Part shown: positions 49,437 to 56,392 of the stretch, in pieces | How the letters are laid out: each line of letters begins with the position of its first letter | How positions within the stretch are numbered: the first letter of the stretch is position 1 | Source of the DNA: Bdellovibrionota bacterium | GTDB lineage: Bacteria; Bdellovibrionota_C; UBA2361; CAKMMH01 | Assembly: GCA_050952645.1 (NCBI GenBank) | Contig: JBMNLI010000016.1 | Location: 1-56,392 of the forward strand | Direction of reading: 5' to 3' | Length of the DNA: 56,392 nt | The notes under the pieces: generated by a model | Databases searched by the model: none | Seen by the model: only the letters and a program-made list of their open reading frames with translations | Told to the model about the DNA's origin: nothing | Translations under genes and position numbers: made by a program

Positions 49437-50349
49437 TTGACTTAAAGATGTCTTCTAAATTTTCTAAATCAACATTATCAAAAATAGTTACTCCTTTATG
49501 AGTCTCCCTATCATTAGACACCTCAATATTATAATCATCGTAACTTCTAGGAGGAACTCCATAGTTTTTTAAAGCAACTTTTACTTTATCAAATAACTTA
49601 TACGATTGACAATTTCCTAGCTTGCTTTCGTGTTTAAAAACTATAAGCCTTCTCATACTCATTTTGCCACGAGCTGCACTATGATCATCTTCAAACATAT
49701 TTAATATAGCTTCAAAGAAAAGCTTCAAATCATCTTCAGTCAATCCCGTTTGTTCACCAAGAGATGCTGAGATATACCCTTCAGCTCTATACAAACCGTA
49801 TGGAATAAAATTCTTTTTACCCATTTCATTTAACTTACTTTTTGCTTCTTTTCCATTAAAATCGGTTACATCAGTTATTGCTAATCTTGTTATAGTAATT
49901 TCGGTAGGATTTACAGGAGAACAGCTTCTAGCAAAATTTATTTGAATTGGGCCTCTAATAACTCCGCAAGGATTTTTTCCAGTCGACATTACCGCTCCAA
50001 ATGCTCTGATATCAAAATATTTTTTGCACATAAACTCCTTTTTATCTTGTGCTTTATCTTGTGCATCTTTCTTCTTAGCTTCGTTAGCACTAGCCTCATC
50101 AATTTTAGTATTAAGTGCTTTATCCATTTTTATAAAGATATCATAACCCTTTACACCACCTTTAACGGTCTCTACATAATTTCTAATTTTTCTTTTTAAA
50201 CATACGTCCGTTACGTATCCATAGCCCGTTTCTATATCGGTTCTAGGAGCATTTCCAGCATCTGGGTCTCCATTTGGATTTCCATTTTCTACATCAAATA
50301 ACATTATAAAATCATATCTATTTTTAATTACATTATTTTCCATAATCAA
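49420..50349 (-). CDS. cas7: Type I-C Cas7/Csd2
   Basis: NGNPNGDPDAGNAPR, TDVCLKRKIRNYV, FDIRAFGAV, DHSAARG. Confidence 0.96.
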   Translation of the reverse strand: MIMENNVIKNRYDFIMLFDVENGNPNGDPDAGNAPRTDIETGYGYVTDVCLKRKIRNYVETVKGGVKGYDIFIKMDKALNTKIDEASANEAKKKDAQDKAQDKKEFMCKKYFDIRAFGAVMSTGKNPCGVIRGPIQINFARSCSPVNPTEITITRLAITDVTDFNGKEAKSKLNEMGKKNFIPYGLYRAEGYISASLGEQTGLTEDDLKLFFEAILNMFEDDHSAARGKMSMRRLIVFKHESKLGNCQSYKLFDKVKVALKNYGVPPRSYDDYNIEVSNDRETHKGVTIFDNVDLENLEDIFKSNESSN

Positions 50350-50399
50350 TATTCCTTTTTAAAAAATACAAAAAATTTATAAACTTGCTCTAATTTGTC

Positions 50400-52169
50400 T
50401 TACTCTTCAATAGCGTTAGTATCCTCGTCTTCAGGGGGACTAACTTTTTTACTAGAATACAAATCTTGTTTTTGTTGATAATAACCAACCACAAATTTTC
50501 CTTGTTCTATAAGACCTAATCTTAAAGGAAACTCATTGTTTAATTTATCAATAATTTCTTGAATCAATTTTTCACAATATACTTTTGAACTATCGGCTAA
50601 TTTTTCTATGCGATGCACGTTCAAATTAAGTATTTTAGGAAAAACTAAAGCTGGCTGTGTTGATGCCGTAGCAAAATACCCTCTTCTTAATGAATCGGTA
50701 TTATCGATCTTCTCACAAACGGCAAACAGCCTACCACATACGTATGCAGGATTATTATTTTCTTTATTTAATGACATATCTATCTCCTCTTTTTTATTAT
50801 TAAATCTACAATCTCTATTTATATAAGCCTTTAATATTGAAAGACGTGTATCATCACTTATAAACCTCCAAGCACTTTCATCTTTTGATATCTTACTATC
50901 TTTCTTTATACGCATTACAATGCATTGCAAAAGTCCTTGTGGGAATCTACCATTATTCAATACAGAGCTTATTAAATCTACTATTAAATCTTGTTGCACT
51001 TGATCATTTTTTATCTTTGGAGACTTTAATTGATATACTATTTTTGCAAACGTTAAAGGTTTAGAATATTCTTTTTTAGAATTTATAAAAGCTAAATCTT
51101 TTTGAAACACCATTAGATTATCAAATATATCTCCGAATTTATTTTTATATAAATACTTAAGCGACAATCTAGCAGTACCAACTAATCCAAATATATAAAA
51201 ATTAACATTAGGGTCGATATCAATATTTTTAAGCATTTCACTAGAAAAGTCCCCCCTCCTAACTTTCTCTACTATAGCACCAAGCCCATCTTCTATCTTC
51301 TCTTGAGTTTGAGAATCGTCTTCCCCATACATAAGCATCGCATACAAATCTTCGCTTTTTTTATTACAATCTGTAGCAAAATAAATATTATGAATATCGT
51401 GTTTAAATTTATCATTATTTTTTAAAAGATGATTTAAAGAGGTAGTATACTTTATCATCACATCTTCAGAAATATTACTATTAAAAGCTTCCGTTTTTTC
51501 ATAAGATTGATAGGCAGATTCTCTAAACGATACTAGTGCTGCTCCTTTGCCAATATTAATTTTGTCGTGTATACGAGATATCTCTTTTTTTTCTCCAGTT
51601 ATCGCACATATCGCTTTGTTTTTATCTTGGTCGCTCTTTTCATCTTCATTAATAGATAAGAGTTCTTCACATTTTTGTTTTACAAACTTATCATTATGAA
51701 GCAACTCATTTACTTTACCTTCGAAACAAAATACAAAGTGTTTAGTTAAATCAATACCATCTAAGATCTCATTTTTATTATCTATTACATCTTCTGGCTT
51801 CCAAGTATTTATAAAATTTCTAAAAGCATTTACTATTAGAGAATCTACTCCTTCTAAAAGCCCATTATGTGCTTCCTTAAACTTATCAAATTTTTGTTTG
51901 TTTAATTTACGCTTTTGCCCTTTTCCTTCTATTCCAAAGAGATACACGCCTCTTGTTTCTATAATATACGACATTATTTTTGGTGATTGTTTATAAACCT
52001 CAGGGATTATCTCTTCTCTTCCTTTATCTAATGGAATTATTTCTTTTATACTTCCATCATTATTTAAACATACAAGATAAGCTACATTAATTTTTTTATA
52101 CCCTTTACTAATTAACTTACCTTGCTCCTTTAACTCGTCATAATAATCACATAAAGCACTAATTAACAT
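50400..52169 (-). CDS. cas8c: Type I-C Cas8c/Csd1
   Basis: MLISALCDYYDEL, CAITG..RIH, AYVCGRLFAV, EQGKFVVGYYQQ. Confidence 0.93.
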   Translation of the reverse strand: MLISALCDYYDELKEQGKLISKGYKKINVAYLVCLNNDGSIKEIIPLDKGREEIIPEVYKQSPKIMSYIIETRGVYLFGIEGKGQKRKLNKQKFDKFKEAHNGLLEGVDSLIVNAFRNFINTWKPEDVIDNKNEILDGIDLTKHFVFCFEGKVNELLHNDKFVKQKCEELLSINEDEKSDQDKNKAICAITGEKKEISRIHDKINIGKGAALVSFRESAYQSYEKTEAFNSNISEDVMIKYTTSLNHLLKNNDKFKHDIHNIYFATDCNKKSEDLYAMLMYGEDDSQTQEKIEDGLGAIVEKVRRGDFSSEMLKNIDIDPNVNFYIFGLVGTARLSLKYLYKNKFGDIFDNLMVFQKDLAFINSKKEYSKPLTFAKIVYQLKSPKIKNDQVQQDLIVDLISSVLNNGRFPQGLLQCIVMRIKKDSKISKDESAWRFISDDTRLSILKAYINRDCRFNNKKEEIDMSLNKENNNPAYVCGRLFAVCEKIDNTDSLRRGYFATASTQPALVFPKILNLNVHRIEKLADSSKVYCEKLIQEIIDKLNNEFPLRLGLIEQGKFVVGYYQQKQDLYSSKKVSPPEDEDTNAIEE

Positions 52170-52876
52170 CTCACATCCTCCGCATATTTTGCTACATCAA
52201 TTTGACCATTTACCATTTTAGGGCGATAATATGATGCATTCGCCTTATCGGAAGCAGTCTCTCGTTCTCCTTTTACTTTTTTCCAATAATCTAGCTTTCT
52301 ATTTTGCGAGTCTTCAAAAGTTAAACCATAAACCATAAACCCTAAATCGATTTCTCCAGATTCTTTTATTTTCTTATCTTGCAAAGATAAATCAAAATCT
52401 TCCCCTTCGGCTAATAAATCAATCTTTTTTGCCGGGAACTCTGCACATCCTAAACATGGAACTTTAAAAAATTGTCCTTTCTCTAAACGCCTTTTTATAA
52501 TATTATAATGCTTTTCATTAGCATTATCTTCTATCTCCATAGCTTCACCCGTTAACTCAAAATGAAATTCTACCCCATATTTTACGTCTTTTAATATCAT
52601 TGCCGACCTTTGTGTGCGATCTTCAGATGTATATATAGGACTAGTAGAGCCTTTAGACTTAACCTCATTTCTTTTTATGTTCATATATTTAATATCATTA
52701 AACACGATTATTCTATCGATAACATATTTAATAGCAGGCTTCCAATATATACTTTTTAAAAGTCCTTCTAATGCGCTCGGTGTAGGAACATCATACGTTG
52801 TTCGTTCAACTTTTAATTCAGGTCGTGTAAAACAAGCGTAATCCCCCTCTACTATAATTTTAAATCCATAACTCAT
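52163..52876 (-). CDS. cas5: Type I-C Cas5c
   Basis: GDYACFTRPELKVERTTYDVPTPSA, IYWKP, LGCAEF. Confidence 0.96.
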   Translation of the reverse strand: MSYGFKIIVEGDYACFTRPELKVERTTYDVPTPSALEGLLKSIYWKPAIKYVIDRIIVFNDIKYMNIKRNEVKSKGSTSPIYTSEDRTQRSAMILKDVKYGVEFHFELTGEAMEIEDNANEKHYNIIKRRLEKGQFFKVPCLGCAEFPAKKIDLLAEGEDFDLSLQDKKIKESGEIDLGFMVYGLTFEDSQNRKLDYWKKVKGERETASDKANASYYRPKMVNGQIDVAKYAEDVRC

Positions 52877-52960
52877 TTAAGATATTCCTTTAAAAATATT
52901 TTTAAAAACTATTAAGTAAAATTTTTCTAAATAAATTAACAAAAGATTATATTATATAAA

Positions 52961-55256
52961 TCATACTATATAATCTAACCCTTCAAACTTTATTCCAATA
53001 TCATGATCATAATAATCAATATTAGTTAAATACCAAATGCCAGTTCCATGATCTTCTAAAGCACCTTCTTTTCTTAACTTTTCAAATTCATTTGGGTAAA
53101 TTGAACAAGCGTAAACTTGTAGCTTTCTAACGATATCTATAGTGCTCATTTTTAGTTTATTCTCACCTATTATTCGTAATTTTTCAACTAATTCACGACT
53201 TTTTTTATCTTGTGGAACGATTATAGATAGTTGCCTATCGTCGATAATCTTAAAAATTTCTTCACTATACGATCTAAATCGAGCAGAATCTAAACTACAA
53301 CTCTTATTATTATCATCACAAAAGAAAGATTTTTTTAAAATTCCTTCTTTATTATACTCAAAGATTTCATCATAATATTTTTCTATACATTCTTTTGAGT
53401 CGATATTATCTCCATAACTATCGAGCAAACTTGACGTAACGCTTATTTTTTATATCTAAATCATTGAACTTTTTTTTATCTGAATCTTTAGACGCTTTTT
53501 CTTTATCTGCTAGTTTAAAAACGTACACATTACAATTATCAAAACTACCTTCTCTATTGCACCTTCCACCAGCTTGTAAAATACTATCTAATCCAGATAT
53601 TTCCCTATAAACAGTATAAAAAATCTAAGTCGACTCCTGCTTCAATTAAAGATGTAGAAACAACTTTTACTTGCCTTTCTTTTGGAATATCTTTTATATC
53701 TTTAAACTCTTTTTTAAGAAGACTTAATTCATTCTTAATTTCAGATATCACTCTTTTTCTATCATATGCAGTCATATAAGTCGATAAATGATATTTTTTT
53801 CCACCTAACATATTATAGAACTCCCTAGCAGTAGCCCTTTTATTGACTACTATAAGAAGAGATGGCTCATTTTGAAAATCATTAAGTAAAGAATCAAATG
53901 TTTTCGTTCCTAAATTATTATATTCACACTTTCTAAACACATTTAAGAAAGCATCATCTATCTTATTTAAATCTAATATTTGTAAATCACTTTTACTATT
54001 TATATTTAAAAATTTATCAAATAAATTTCTGTAATTTGGCATTGTTGCCGTTAAAAATAAGATTTCATTATTAAAATATTTAGATAAATAGAAGATTGCC
54101 TCTAAACAAGGTTGTAATAACTTCTGTGGCATTAATTGCACTTCATCAAATACAATAATACTATTTTGCATATTGTGAAGCTTTCCTTAATTTTCCTCTT
54201 TTGTTTGAATAGATTGATTCAAAAAATTGCACGGTTGTCGTTATTATAAAATCTGCGTTCCAATTTTCAGTAGCTAATTTTACATTATAAATTTCTTCCT
54301 TACTACTTTCTTCATCGAGTAAAAATGTTGATTGGTGCCTTAAAATATCAGCACTTTCGCCAAATATGCTTTCTAGAACACTCGCAGTTTGATCTATAAT
54401 ACTATTGTAAGGAATAACATATATAACTCTTTCTTTGTTATTTTTTATAGCTTTTTCTAATGCATATTTAACGGAACATAACGTTTTTCCACTTCCAGTT
54501 GGCATATTCATTAAATAAATTTCAGAATCAGTAGATCTTTTTGAAAACACCTCCGATTGTATTTTGCTTCTAGTTTTTTGAAGTTTTGTAAAAGCATTTA
54601 AATTTTTATCTTTTAGATATTTATTGACTTTTTTTAAACATTCATGAAAATCAGTCTTTAATTTTTGTGGAAGCATTTGGCTAAAAGACGCCGCATCTAA
54701 ACTATCTGCATCTACAAGGCATGAAAAACAGTATCTCGTTATAAATGCAAATTTATTTAATAATTTCTCTTTACTATTATTACAATCTTTAAGTAAAAAA
54801 TTAACTAGTTGTTCTTTTTTTTCTTTAGTTAATTTCGTTTTTTCTATTAAATCTTTAAGGTCTTCTTTGTAAAATGAGTAATCTTCAGTTTCTCTTTTTA
54901 ATCTTCCATTTAAAGTCGTTTCATGCTCAGCATCGTCGATAATTCCGCCATTTGGTATACCTGTATGATGCCCAATAATACAATAGGCAGGAACCAATAT
55001 AGGAGGAAAATCTTTATATTCATTATGTATTTCTTTAGCACCACAAGAAGAGTGTTCTATAGCTACATTCTCACCATTTACTCTTTTTTGAAAAGTAGAT
55101 TGATATTTTCCTATATCATGAAAAAGTCCTATTAAATAATTTAGAATCTTTTAATTCTTCAATTGAAAAACTCGATGATAAATTTGCAACATTTTCAGAA
55201 TGCTCTCTAATAGTTTGGATATCTCCTTCTTCTGTAATGCGTGCTATATAGTTCAA
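52961..55256 (-). CDS. cas3: Cas3 HD-nuclease/helicase, split by four apparent +1 frameshifts
   Basis: TTG start with [58 protein letters not shown] found across frames; shifts near 55145, 54180, 53615, 53445. Confidence 0.9.
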
Positions 55257-55264
55257 AGAATATT

Positions 55265-55371
55265 TCCTTTAAAATAAATGTTTATTACACTTTTTAATCT
55301 TTATAGAAAATACCATTTTTTAGAACCACTTTGCAAGCCCTGACACAAACTAGCAATGTTGCTAGTTTTTT
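55265..55371 (-). repeat. Direct repeat copy 2 (hairpin + promoter + 5' UTR) upstream of cas3
   Basis: Near-identical to 46011-46121; minus strand TTGCAA-N18-TATTTT with TGn extension. Confidence 0.92.
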
Positions 55372-55373
55372 TT
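55347..55373. terminator. Hairpin directly after the psd stop codon (putative terminator)
   Basis: AAACTAGCAATGTTGCTAGTTT followed by a T run on the + strand. Confidence 0.5.
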
Positions 55374-56192
55374 AAAGGCTCTCTCCTACCTTAATATCGC
55401 CTTTATTATTTAAAATTTATTTTGTTTTTAAAATTCTTGTCTAAAATTAAAACTACCGTGGAACCTAGCCTAAATGCACCCAATCTTTTCCATAATCGAA
55501 ACTTCCCTTCCTATCGGGAAATCTCTTGCCACTCTTGCATTTAAATTATTAGTTTTAAAATCTAAAAACTTAGAACTCATCTTGCCTACATTCGTAGCAC
55601 CTACCATCACTAAAAACATCTCCCCAAACTCACTCTCAATATCAAACACTAACCTTTCATTTATAGAAAAAAGATCCTCCACAGTATTTAACGACCAATC
55701 CGTCACAGGCCAAAGCTTCCCTGGAATATACCTTACCCCACTTATAACACCACTTACAGGACTATGAACATTGTGATAATCCTTAGGAGAAAGATATAAA
55801 TTTATAAAATATCCCCCATCAAACTTTTTAACATCCTCATCACTACCTATAAACTTAGCTAAATCATAACTCTTGCCCTTTACCACCTCTAACGATAACT
55901 TATCTAACTTCTCCGCATTCCTTAAACGTGCATCAACAGGGCTTACAAAATCACCTTGTAAAGGCCTAGCACCAGCCTTTAAATCCCTGTTAAAAAACTC
56001 CCCTAGCGACTTAAAGTCCTTTATATCCTTTGCCACTTCATCAGTATTTATCTTATAAAATTTAATAAAACACTTTGTTATTAAACGTACTAAAAACTTT
56101 GGAGATTTTATATTCGCTACCTTACCTACTATAAAACTTAAATGATTCTTTGGAACAAATAAAAATATCCAATACAACAACCTAGCTTTCAT
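55372..56192 (-). CDS. psd: Phosphatidylserine decarboxylase proenzyme (two apparent +1 frameshifts near the 3' end)
   Basis: FFNRDLK..RP, SPVD, YLSPKDYHNVHSP, NER, VGATNVG; the FRLGSTVV self-cleavage motif and KVGESL end appear in shifted frames. Confidence 0.9.
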
Positions 56193-56392
56193 AAAAAAAA
56201 TCCCCTTAATATTCCATCAAATAATATACTCTAATAAAATACTCCCATTAAAACAAATTATCCTCATTAAAGCTATAAAAAATTAACTTTATTTGTAATA
56301 AAAAGAATCTTATTTTAACTTCAAAATCATAATTAAAGATTAAGAGAAATTAGTATATTATAAATTTCATAAATTACATAAAAACTAAAAAT

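Noticed and set aside
55372..55500. psd (and pgpA at the other end) as true pseudogenes
   Set aside because: Single extra bases in homopolymers with otherwise intact motifs in lipid housekeeping genes; more consistent with sequencing error.
24000..56392. Integrase, transposase or tRNA attachment site mobilising the CRISPR island
   Set aside because: No such gene or tRNA recognised in the window.

Overview
AT-rich bacterial chromosomal segment. The left 24 kb is housekeeping/envelope: pgpA, rluB, scpB, scpA, rlmB, GT4, zinc-ribbon/DUF3426-like, GAF protein, divergent MreB-like, RNB exoribonuclease, coaE, a DNA-methyltransferase fragment, prmC, two polytopic membrane glycosyltransferase-like genes, a lipoprotein and macB-macA-tolC. 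The right 32 kb, all on the minus strand downstream of psd, is a double CRISPR-Cas island. It holds a type I-C module (cas3-5-8c-7-4-1-2 plus a 17-repeat array), then a type III-A module (csx1-like CARF-HEPN, csx20, cas6, NE0113-type CARF, cas10, csm2-5, cas1, two cas2) with an array of about 112 repeats. The main signal is in the type III spacers: read on the + strand they are mRNA-sense and tile a handful of invader genes in many allelic variants. These include a Csx16-like putative ring nuclease (candidate anti-CRISPR), a Bet-like recombinase and a hypervariable unknown gene hit about 20 times. A ~110-bp hairpin-plus-promoter block is duplicated in front of both Cas modules. Several +1 homopolymer frameshifts (pgpA, cas3, psd) look like sequencing errors. 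All calls are by eye from motifs; no database search was run.
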